A stretch of DNA of 60,455 nt, filler included. It is 5 parts of 5 records of this genome, joined end to end, with 100 filler letters (N's around TTAATTAATTAA, not from the genome) between each part and the next. Parts side by side here need not be neighbours in the genome. Positions count along the whole stretch, not along the records: positions 16,993 to 31,286 come from DRR378314_1881; 4 more parts are not named here. One strand, 5' to 3'. Below, piece by piece: positions 23,561 to 31,386 of this stretch. The notes below the pieces were generated by a model, which saw nothing but the letters and a program-made list of their open reading frames with translations, was not told where the DNA came from and did no database searches. How positions within the stretch are numbered: the stretch's first letter is position 1; each line of letters starts with the position of its first letter. Both the position numbers and the translations under genes were made by a program.

Positions 23561-24124
23561 ATGACGAGTGATACCAAGACTGCCCTTCTGGATGTTGCTG
23601 AACACGCCGCACGGGCGCGCGGATTTGACGGGTTCAGCTATGCCGATCTGGCCGAGGCAGTGGGTATTCGCAAGGCGTCGATCCATTACCATTTCCCGAC
23701 CAAAGCGGCGCTGTCGGCGGCACTCATGGATCGGTATCATGAGACCTTGAAGGCAGAATGCAACCGCATCCGGGTAGAACTCAAAACCGGGGCCGAGCAA
23801 TTGCTGGCCCTGATCGACCTCTATCGGGATGCACTCAACGACGGGAAAACCCTGTGCCTCTGCGTGTCGCTCATCAGCAGTCGTGAAAGCCTGTCGGATG
23901 ACGTGATCCAAAAGATCCGGAAATTCCGCGCCATGATGGTTGCCCAAATCGAAGAGATCCTGAAGCTTGGCCAAGAGGACAAGTCAATCACCGGTATTAC
24001 CTATCCGATATCGGAGTCCCGCGCGATACTGGCTCTACTAGAAGGCGCGCATCTGACCGCACGTGCGGAAGAGAATGTGAATACCTTCGATGAGGCTTTG
24101 GGCGTTTTAAAGTCCCGCTGTTGA
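23561..24124 (+). CDS. TetR/AcrR-family regulator (NemR-like)
   Basis: HTH GFDGFSYADLAEAVGIRKASIHYHFPTK; C-terminal domain with LCLC and LLEGA. Confidence 0.92.
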   Translation: MTSDTKTALLDVAEHAARARGFDGFSYADLAEAVGIRKASIHYHFPTKAALSAALMDRYHETLKAECNRIRVELKTGAEQLLALIDLYRDALNDGKTLCLCVSLISSRESLSDDVIQKIRKFRAMMVAQIEEILKLGQEDKSITGITYPISESRAILALLEGAHLTARAEENVNTFDEALGVLKSRC

Positions 24125-24187
24125 CCTGCGCCCCGACACATCAGATCGTTGCCGCAAGCAATTCATTTGATATTCGGAGCTTCCCTT

Positions 24188-25045
24188 ATGCCCAAAGTCA
24201 TTCTGATCACCGGCACGTCAACCGGCCTTGGTGTTCAAATCGCCGTACAAGCGGCCCAAGCGGGCCACACTGTCTATGCTACCATGCGAAACCTCGCCAA
24301 ACGCGGCATCTTGGATGCGGCCGCCTCTGACGCTGGTGTCAATTTCAACGTGCTTGATCTGGACGTGCAGGACAGCGCCAGCGTAAACGCCGCAGTCGAC
24401 CAGATCATCGCGAACGAGGGCCGGATCGATACGCTGATCAACAATGCGGGTGCAGGATTTGTCCGCACAACCGAACAAGCCAGCGAAGAAGACGTCGCCT
24501 GGGTCATGGATGTGAATTTCATGGGTGTCGTGCGCTGCACAAAAGCGGTGATGCCACACATGCGCGCAGCGCGCTCGGGCCACGTCATCACAATCTCATC
24601 CGTAGGCGGCCTTGTGGGTCAGCCGTTCAACGAGATCTACTGCGCCGCAAAGTTCGCCGTTGAAGGATACACTGAGGCTCTGGCCAGCTATGTCACACCC
24701 AATTTCGGCATCCATTTCTCGACAGTTGAACCGGGCGGCATTCAATCCGAATTTGCCGCCAGTGTGTTGAAACATGTCGAGGCCACGGGCGGGATGCTTG
24801 AGGATGAGTATCTGCCCATTCTCCAGAAGTACATCGGCGGCGCGCAGGCGCGAATGGATGGCAGCGATATCTATCAAACCTCGGAACAAGTGGCATCAGT
24901 TGTCATGGGCGTGGTTGACGCCTCGGACCCGCCGATCCGCATTCGCACTTCAAACTGGGGTGAGGCGTTTACACGCCTGAAAACCGAAGCCGACCCGGAC
25001 GGCAAAAAGCAACAGGCAGCCGTGATTGAGCAGTTCTTAAGCTGA
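24188..25045 (+). CDS. Classical SDR oxidoreductase
   Basis: TGTSTGLG, LINNAG, SSVGG and YCAAK catalytic motif. Confidence 0.92.
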   Translation: MPKVILITGTSTGLGVQIAVQAAQAGHTVYATMRNLAKRGILDAAASDAGVNFNVLDLDVQDSASVNAAVDQIIANEGRIDTLINNAGAGFVRTTEQASEEDVAWVMDVNFMGVVRCTKAVMPHMRAARSGHVITISSVGGLVGQPFNEIYCAAKFAVEGYTEALASYVTPNFGIHFSTVEPGGIQSEFAASVLKHVEATGGMLEDEYLPILQKYIGGAQARMDGSDIYQTSEQVASVVMGVVDASDPPIRIRTSNWGEAFTRLKTEADPDGKKQQAAVIEQFLS

Positions 25046-25054
25046 GAGCCTATT

Positions 25055-25320
25055 CATGTGATGTTGCTCGGAATGTGGCAGCCTTGCTTCGGTCGCCGCA
25101 GGTTTCCATGTTGCACTATGCGCTCGCCATTTCGCATGCAGCCGGCAACCTCGAAAAAGCAAATAAAGAAGCCGCCAAAATGCAAAAGTACTTCCCAAAG
25201 TTCATGACAGAACGGTCGGCAATAAATGCAGCGTTGCGTGTCTCGCGCGACGTCGACGTGAAATTTGCGCGAATCTGGCGGCTCTATCTTTCCAGAAAAT
25301 ACAGGCAACTTCTGGGTGGC
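25055..25320 (+). pseudogene. Possible remnant of a TPR-containing protein C-terminus
   Basis: ALLRSPQVSMLHYALAISHAAGNLEKANKEAAKMQKYFPKF resembles a terminal TPR plus capping helix. No convincing start or RBS; the ORF runs into repeat R1-C. Confidence 0.3.
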
Positions 25321-25333
25321 GATCGAATGCTCA

Positions 25334-25459
25334 CGGCCCTAACCGGACACTCGACGCCGATCACTTTTGCTGCGGCGCGGCCTGTCGAACCTGCCATTCG
25401 CTGCACCCGCAAAATCATGGGCTAGTCGAACGCGCATTCTGGCGTACGGTGCAGACGTT
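25334..25459 (+). repeat. Dispersed intergenic repeat R1, copy C
   Basis: CGGCCC(+0), GCTGCGG(+35), CATTCGC(+61), GCAAAATC(+75), CGAAC(+93), CGTAC(+109). Ends ~13 bp from the cyclase stop. Confidence 0.85.
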
Positions 25460-25472
25460 ATGAACCACTGTG

Positions 25473-26900
25473 TTATTCGCACAAATCGGCAACAATGGCC
25501 TTTAATCGACGCATGTTCTCGTCGCTTATGCGAGCCGGATCCACGGTAAGGGAATAGCCCTCATCTTCCACGTGAATGATGCGACTGTCGCGCGCCTCGC
25601 CGTCGTAGATTTTGGTTGCCGCATAAGTGCGGACGGGATTTTGAAATCCCTTCACCGGAATTGGCTCTCGCTCCTCAGCCGGCAGCCAGTCTTTTACCAA
25701 AGAATAGGTTTCGGCAGCGAGCAGGATACCTCCAGGATCACACTCTGTCTCAAGTCTTGCGGCAAGATTCACTTCGCGCCCAATTGCGGTGTAGTCCATC
25801 CGGTCTTCGGAGCCGAAGTTTCCAATTGTGCAGTAGCCCGTGTTGATGCCTATGCGGGCGTGAAATGGTCGATCGATCAATCCTTGGCGTTGCCAACCTG
25901 TTTGCAAATCGTTCAGGCTGCGTTGCATGTCTATTGCCATTCGCACACAGGCGGCTGCATCTTCCTTTGCCCCGAGGCTTTCGGGTTCACCAAAGTACAG
26001 CATCATTGCATCACCAATGAATTTGTCGAAGTATGCGCCGTGCTGCAGGGCGATCTTGGACATTTCTGTTAGATACTCATTCAGCAAAGAGGTCAGTTCC
26101 TCAGCCTCGAGTTGATCTGTTATTTCGGAAAAATCGACGATGTCGGAGAAGAAAATCGTAAGCTTCCGGCGTCGGCTTTCGATCGCCGCTTGTTGGTTGC
26201 CAGCAATGATTGATCCGTAAAGCTGGGGTGGCATGTACTTGGCAAGCTGTTTTGATACGTTTGCTAAGGTCTCATTCGCTTCACGCATTTGGTTCAACAA
26301 ATGCAAATTATCCAGCGCGATGTTCGCTTGTGACGCAAACGTCTTGAGAATATCGAACTGTTCTCTTTTTAGCTTACCGATCGAATGCCTCAACACGGCG
26401 AGAGCTCCGACGGTCTGTCCTCCTTGTGAAATCGGCACCATGGTGACCGCACGAAATCCAGAGGCAAGGAAGTTCCCAGCCCCTATTCGAAACTGATCTT
26501 GCGCAGCGGCGACGTCCGGTAAATCAATCGTATTGCCATTCAAAATGACGTGGCCGTGAATTGTCTCGGGATGAAGCGGAGCCGGAAATCGCCGCCGCCA
26601 AGCTTCAACGCCCGCTGGTTCTGGACCAGAAATTGCTCCCAAAATCAGCTTATCATCCTCCCGAAGCCCAATACTGACTGTCGACTTTGGAAACAACGCC
26701 TGGCCCGCTTCAACGATTGAGTTAAAAACAGGTTGAGGATCCTTAATCGAGCTGTTGACTACTTCTAGGATTTTGGCGGTCACCGCTTGCCGGTCCAGTG
26801 CTTCTCGCAACTGGATTTCCAAGACCTCCAAGTTCTTAGCCCCCCTTTGGGTCGGATCATGCACGAGGTCTGGTTGCGATGTGCCCCGACCCTTTGACAT
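25473..26900 (-). CDS. GAF-domain class III adenylate cyclase
   Basis: AGGAGG RBS; GAF domain ending FASQANIALDN; cyclase motifs FSDIVDFS, DKFIGDAMM, RIGINTG, GNFGSEDRMDYTAIGREVNLAARLE (Lys/Asp ATP-specificity residues). Confidence 0.93.
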   Translation of the reverse strand: MSKGRGTSQPDLVHDPTQRGAKNLEVLEIQLREALDRQAVTAKILEVVNSSIKDPQPVFNSIVEAGQALFPKSTVSIGLREDDKLILGAISGPEPAGVEAWRRRFPAPLHPETIHGHVILNGNTIDLPDVAAAQDQFRIGAGNFLASGFRAVTMVPISQGGQTVGALAVLRHSIGKLKREQFDILKTFASQANIALDNLHLLNQMREANETLANVSKQLAKYMPPQLYGSIIAGNQQAAIESRRRKLTIFFSDIVDFSEITDQLEAEELTSLLNEYLTEMSKIALQHGAYFDKFIGDAMMLYFGEPESLGAKEDAAACVRMAIDMQRSLNDLQTGWQRQGLIDRPFHARIGINTGYCTIGNFGSEDRMDYTAIGREVNLAARLETECDPGGILLAAETYSLVKDWLPAEEREPIPVKGFQNPVRTYAATKIYDGEARDSRIIHVEDEGYSLTVDPARISDENMRRLKAIVADLCE

Positions 26901-26923
26901 CTCAAACCTCCTTTTATTAGTGA

Positions 26924-27220
26924 TTAGCCTTCGACTAAGTCGTAGTGCTTGATGGACCGAGACTCGACGAGTTCTGATTCTGCTGGATCGATATGCGGAC
27001 TGTGGTAGTCTTCACCCACAAACGCCTTAAGCGCTTCCAGGCTTTCCCACACCATGACAAAACTGAACTCTCGTGGTGCCTCCTCTCTGGGAGCTCCCGG
27101 AAGAACGCGCACGATCCCTGGAGTGCTATTCATTAAGGGGATCGCGGTATCGTGGAAGAAGCGGCCGAACTCCTCTTCTTTTCCTGGTCGCGTTGTAACT
27201 TAAAAAATACGCATGATCAT
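26924..27220 (-). pseudogene. Antibiotic-biosynthesis-monooxygenase (ABM)-like small protein with in-frame TAA at codon 7
   Basis: AGGAGG RBS, then ATG ATC ATG CGT ATT TTT TAA GTT. The paralog at 29428-29721 has CAA at this codon. The remainder is intact and ~70% identical by eye. Confidence 0.8.
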
Positions 27221-27650
27221 ACAACCGTCCTCCTAAAAAGCGCGGTTTTTGAATGTATGAGTGCCTCACAAAATCCAGATTAACATACTTGATGCGGAGT
27301 GTCAGATTTGGGCTCAGAGCGCCGTTTCGCTGCCGGTGACACGAACTATGGCTGCTGAACTGCGAATGGCTGCGTATCGAACCAAACGGCGTAGAATCAA
27401 GAGTATGGCCCTGGTGGCGAACGCCCGCTCCAGTGAGGTCTGAAGGTCGACGCATTCTGCGATGGCATTCGACGGACCCGAGCCTATGGCGGACCTTTTA
27501 TCCCTTACGACCACCGACAATAGATATGGTTGGAAGCGCTCGTTCATTGCACCAATCATTCCAGCGTGCCATCTGTTGGTGCCGCGACGATTTCGGATGG
27601 TCTCTGCCTACGGTCTGTCGCTTCATAGTTTTGCAAGTGCAGGAGTGATC

Positions 27651-28106
27651 ATGACGTTTTATGACCGCAAAGACGCCGCCGCCGTCTTTATCCTGCGCCT
27701 AGGGCTCGTGTGGTTCATGTTTCTCTGGGCCGTCCACAAGATCATTACGCCCAAGCAATATCAAAACTTGGCCAAGAATATCGACGGGATCGAGATGTCC
27801 TTTGCCCAGATATACGCCGTGGGAGGCGTTCAAATTGCACTTTGTGTGCTGGCAGCTCTGGGCGTTTTTCGCGTTTTCAGCTATGGTGGTCTTGCGGCGA
27901 TGCATTTCTTTACCATCACCCGACAATGGGAGCGATACCTAGATCCCTTTGCTCTGAACGACCGCGGCTTTCCAATCAACCGAAACCCAGTGATCGCTCT
28001 TGCGGCGATGGCCGCGTTCGTCGCGCTTCTGCTCCTGATTCACCGCGATCACTTCAGCATCGGAGGCTGGCTGCGGCGCCACGCAGGCGCCCGTTGGTGG
28101 TATTAG
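27651..28106 (+). CDS. DoxX-like integral membrane protein
   Basis: AGGAG RBS and ATG at 27651; LRLGLVWFMFLWAVHKI first helix; four hydrophobic segments. Confidence 0.7.
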   Translation: MTFYDRKDAAAVFILRLGLVWFMFLWAVHKIITPKQYQNLAKNIDGIEMSFAQIYAVGGVQIALCVLAALGVFRVFSYGGLAAMHFFTITRQWERYLDPFALNDRGFPINRNPVIALAAMAAFVALLLLIHRDHFSIGGWLRRHAGARWWY

Positions 28107-28332
28107 GATCTGACTTCTAGAAAAGGTAACCGCCCCATAAAACCATCCATTTGGCGAGATTGAGGGCGTGCCGAGATCGGCTTTGTCCGCCACCTTTGAG
28201 TTCGAGTGCGAACACTTGCTGCGGCCAGCACGAGCGACCGGTCCGGTCGCCAAGTGGCGGCGCTGAAATTCTTGCATCTGCGACGAATTTCCTGCCGCGA
28301 GCGCACGCAGCGAGAATTCAATACTTTTGCTG

Positions 28333-28418
28333 TGGGCTCGGAGCTGACCTCGGTGCCGTCGCAGCAAAGCCCCCTGCCCCGCTAATCACTGAGACGTGGT
28401 CGGCCCTAACCAGACGTT
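28333..28418 (+). repeat. Intergenic direct repeat R2, copy 1
   Basis: TCGGTGCCGTCGCAGCAAAGCCCCCTGCCCCG core, 2 mismatches to copy 2; ends in a CGGCCC box. Confidence 0.88.
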
Positions 28419-28615
28419 GACCCACCTTCGACCATCCTATTTCATCGCGCAGGTCACAGCTTGATCGATATCAATATGATCACGCTGTCACTCGTTTTTA
28501 GTTGGAAGAACGTGCTCCCTGAAATTTGCTGCGGACAGATTTTTTCGAGACCGTAAAGACCCAAACCAGCGGGATCGCCGAGTCCGGGTCAAGTGCCGAC
28601 CGATCACTTGTTTGT

Positions 28616-29422
28616 CTATTCCGGCTTGCAGGCGGTCATGATGTAGGCAGTCGTCGGGAAGACCGCCTTGCCCGAAGGCGTGGCGTATTTCGAAAGTTTC
28701 ACATCGGATTCGATCAGAACTTCTGCGATTTTTTCTTCACTGAGATGTATATCAAACAGCGGCAGCCAACCCCGTAGTTCGACTTCAACCATGGTCCGGG
28801 TGCTGGGAAAGGTTGCCTGCTCGCTTTTTGTTTCAAAGGCAATGTCATCGAAGCCCGCTTGCGACAAGATGTTCGCTACCTCGTTGGGGTCGCCCAAACT
28901 GAATGGCAGCCTCACAGAATTTGCGGCCTCTGGCGATACATGCTCTTCCAACACAGCAACGATGTCACGATATGCAGGGTTCTGGTCGATAGTGTGCCAG
29001 ATCGCCACCCCCAGCCTGCCGCCCGGTTTGGTCACCCGGTACATTTCGCGTGTCGCTTTCCGCAGTTCCTGAAAAAACATCATTCCAAACTGCGAGATCA
29101 CGCTATCAAACGAACCATCTGCGAGGGGCAGCTCTTCGGCACTGCCCAGAATCCACTCGATATTGGGTTCAACTTCTCTTGCCGCTGCAATCATGCCGGG
29201 TGCAGGATCAAGTCCGACTACGCGACCAGTATGTCCAGAACACTCGTATGCTGCTCGCGTCAACACGCCTGTACCACACGCAACATCCAAAACGAGCGCA
29301 CCTTTGCGTATTCTTGCGCCGCCAGTCAAATGGTCGCACCACGGTGCAAATAGCGCTGGCACAAACAGAGCTTCGTATCCACGACCCGCTTGGAGTTCTT
29401 CTTGTGTTACTTCGGCGGCCAT
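28616..29422 (-). CDS. Class I SAM-dependent methyltransferase (UbiE-like)
   Basis: VLDVACGTG, VVGLDP, AEELPLADGSFDSVISQFGMMFF, RVTKPGGRL. Confidence 0.93.
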   Translation of the reverse strand: MAAEVTQEELQAGRGYEALFVPALFAPWCDHLTGGARIRKGALVLDVACGTGVLTRAAYECSGHTGRVVGLDPAPGMIAAAREVEPNIEWILGSAEELPLADGSFDSVISQFGMMFFQELRKATREMYRVTKPGGRLGVAIWHTIDQNPAYRDIVAVLEEHVSPEAANSVRLPFSLGDPNEVANILSQAGFDDIAFETKSEQATFPSTRTMVEVELRGWLPLFDIHLSEEKIAEVLIESDVKLSKYATPSGKAVFPTTAYIMTACKPE

Positions 29423-29427
29423 TTGCG

Positions 29428-29721
29428 CTACTCCACAAATTCGTAGTGTTTGATTGATCTGGATTCGACCAATTCGGCTTCTGAAGGATCCACATGCGGC
29501 GATTGGTAATCATCGCCTACAAACGCCTTGAGAGAAGCGAGATCTTTCCAGATCATCACGAAACTGAATTCTCTTGGACTGTCAGCCCACGCTGCGCCCG
29601 GAAGGACCTGCACGATCCCTTCGGTTCCCCGCATCAATGGTATGGCCGTGTTGTGGAAGAAGTCACCGAACTCCTCCTCTTTGCCTTCTTTCGCTGTGAC
29701 TTGAAATATCCGCATGATCAT
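29428..29721 (-). CDS. ABM-like (dimeric alpha-beta barrel) small protein, intact paralog
   Basis: GGAGG RBS; MIMRIFQV..GKEEEF..IPLM..G..EFSFVMIWKDLASLKAFVG..IKHYE. Confidence 0.8.
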   Translation of the reverse strand: MIMRIFQVTAKEGKEEEFGDFFHNTAIPLMRGTEGIVQVLPGAAWADSPREFSFVMIWKDLASLKAFVGDDYQSPHVDPSEAELVESRSIKHYEFVE

Positions 29722-29882
29722 AAAAGCCCCTCCGATTGGTAGGGTTGCTGCCTGCATGATGACCTCAAAAATACCTCATATCACATCGCGGGCCCAATGT
29801 CGCTTTGCTCAAAGGGTGGGAAGACGCGACCGCTAGGCGCATGGAAAGCTGACGTTGGTGAATTTTGCGGCATCCGACATAT

Positions 29883-29970
29883 TGAGCTCGAAACCGACTT
29901 CGGTGCCGTTGCAGCAAAGCCTCCTGCCCCGATAGTAGCTGATCACGCGGATCGGCCCGCTCCGGACCTT
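29883..29970 (+). repeat. Intergenic direct repeat R2, copy 2 (overlaps the start of R1-D)
   Basis: TCGGTGCCGTTGCAGCAAAGCCTCCTGCCCCG core. Confidence 0.88.
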
Positions 29971-30084
29971 CATCGAATTCGGCCACGCCGCGGCGCAGCT
30001 CACCAAACCTGTCATTCGCCGCGAGTGCAAACTCTGGACCCTAGCGAACTCACAGTTTGCGGGACGTTTCCGACTTTCGCTGCG
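29953..30084 (+). repeat. Dispersed intergenic repeat R1, copy D
   Basis: CGGCCC(+0), GCCGCGG(+34), CATTCGC(+60), GCAAACTC(+74), CGAAC(+92), CGGGAC(+107), then TTCGCTGCG. Confidence 0.85.
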
Positions 30085-30214
30085 TCTGCGCCAAAGGCCG
30101 CATCGCAGATAGACGCTGAAGTGCAGCGCACCTGCCGGATAACTCGGTTGGTTTCTGTGTAAGTCCGTCCGGCCATTCCCTTCGCCCACAAGACGCTCAA
30201 AGTGCGCAAAACTT

Positions 30215-31105
30215 CTAGTCAGCGGTATCGCGCAGATAAGCGATTAGCCCAATCCGCTCCTCCCTCGTCATTTCCGGCACGCGAAGCATCTCGGTCCCTG
30301 GCACAACACCGGTCGGATCATTCAGGAACGCATTGAGGGCTTCCACATCCCAAACGCCCTCCAATGCGGCCATGGCGGTGGAATAGGCATAGTCATCCCT
30401 AGCCGGACGCGTCGCGCCAAAAACCCCAACCAAACTCGGACCAACATGCGGACCTGTCGCGGGTTTGCCTTCCTCTGTCTCGTGACATGTATTGCATCCA
30501 TGCAGTACCCGTTGTCCCGCTTCGACACTGGCATTTTCAAGTTCATCGAGCGTAATTGGCTCAGGCAAATTGGGGGCCGCGCCGTTTTTGCGTAGAAATT
30601 CAACCATTTCCTGGTTGCCGGACATAGCGGCAGCATGAACGGCCGGACGCCCCTTACTGTTGCGGAAATTCACATCCGCTCCATACGCAAGCAAGAGCTT
30701 CGCAGCTTCGAAGGCCGCTCGGGCGGCCGCTTCATGTATCGGCGATTGATCGAAATCACCTGCCTTCAAGTCTGGGTTAGCACCATTTTCAAGCAAAAGC
30801 TCAACAATGACAGCGTTGTTGGCACGCGCTGCCGCGTGAATTGGGCTACCGAAAGTGAAGCTGATATTGGGGTTCGCACCATGATCCAGCAGTAACTCGA
30901 CCACCTTCGGATGTCCGCGTTGTGCGGCAAAGAATAATGGGCGATTGAGAGTGTCGGGCCCATCTATGCCAGCTTCAAGTACATCCATCACCACTGCAAT
31001 ATTACCGTCAGTGGCGGCATCGACCAACTCCGGGTTCGCTTGAGCAGAAGGGCCGATAGCAAACAGCCCAAGAAAACATCCCGCAAAGGTCACGTTCTTG
31101 AACAT
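30215..31105 (-). CDS. Exported ankyrin-repeat / class I cytochrome c fusion protein
   Basis: Signal peptide ending AQA; ankyrin repeats (PLFFAAQRGH..VVELLLDHGANPN, PIHAAA..LLLENGANPD and others); CNTCH heme motif, GPSLVGV, YAYSTAM, VPGTEM. Confidence 0.9.
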   Translation of the reverse strand: MFKNVTFAGCFLGLFAIGPSAQANPELVDAATDGNIAVVMDVLEAGIDGPDTLNRPLFFAAQRGHPKVVELLLDHGANPNISFTFGSPIHAAARANNAVIVELLLENGANPDLKAGDFDQSPIHEAAARAAFEAAKLLLAYGADVNFRNSKGRPAVHAAAMSGNQEMVEFLRKNGAAPNLPEPITLDELENASVEAGQRVLHGCNTCHETEEGKPATGPHVGPSLVGVFGATRPARDDYAYSTAMAALEGVWDVEALNAFLNDPTGVVPGTEMLRVPEMTREERIGLIAYLRDTAD

Positions 31106-31286
31106 TGATTTTTTCCTTGCAGCGATGCCCAACGGCCTACTCTGAAAGGGCTGATCTGGAGATTCGTTCAGCCGCTTGCAGCTGTGAACACACCCTTGAT
31201 CCTAGTCGATAAGCCGCCGTTCGTCAAAAAGTACGCGTCGTACAGGAAGGGCTCGATGCTTACTTCGGAGCAGACGCAGCATCGGG

Positions 31287-31386
31287 NNNNNNNNNNNNNN
31301 NNNNNNNNNNNNNNNNNNNNNNNNNNNNNNTTAATTAATTAANNNNNNNNNNNNNNNNNNNNNNNNNNNNNNNNNNNNNNNNNNNN
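31287..31386. other. Artificial contig linker
   Basis: 44N-TTAATTAATTAA-44N. Confidence 0.99.

Noticed and set aside
27462-27650. N-terminal extension of the DoxX-like ORF
   Set aside because: It overlaps repeat-derived intergenic DNA, and the AGGAG RBS supports a start at 27651.
17143-30084. R1/R2 as a CRISPR array or canonical integron attC sites
   Set aside because: Copies are kilobases apart, degenerate and have no cas genes nearby. CCCTAAC occurs only at ~25337 and ~28404, the RYYYAAC..GTTRRRY pair is not conserved, and there is no intI in the window.
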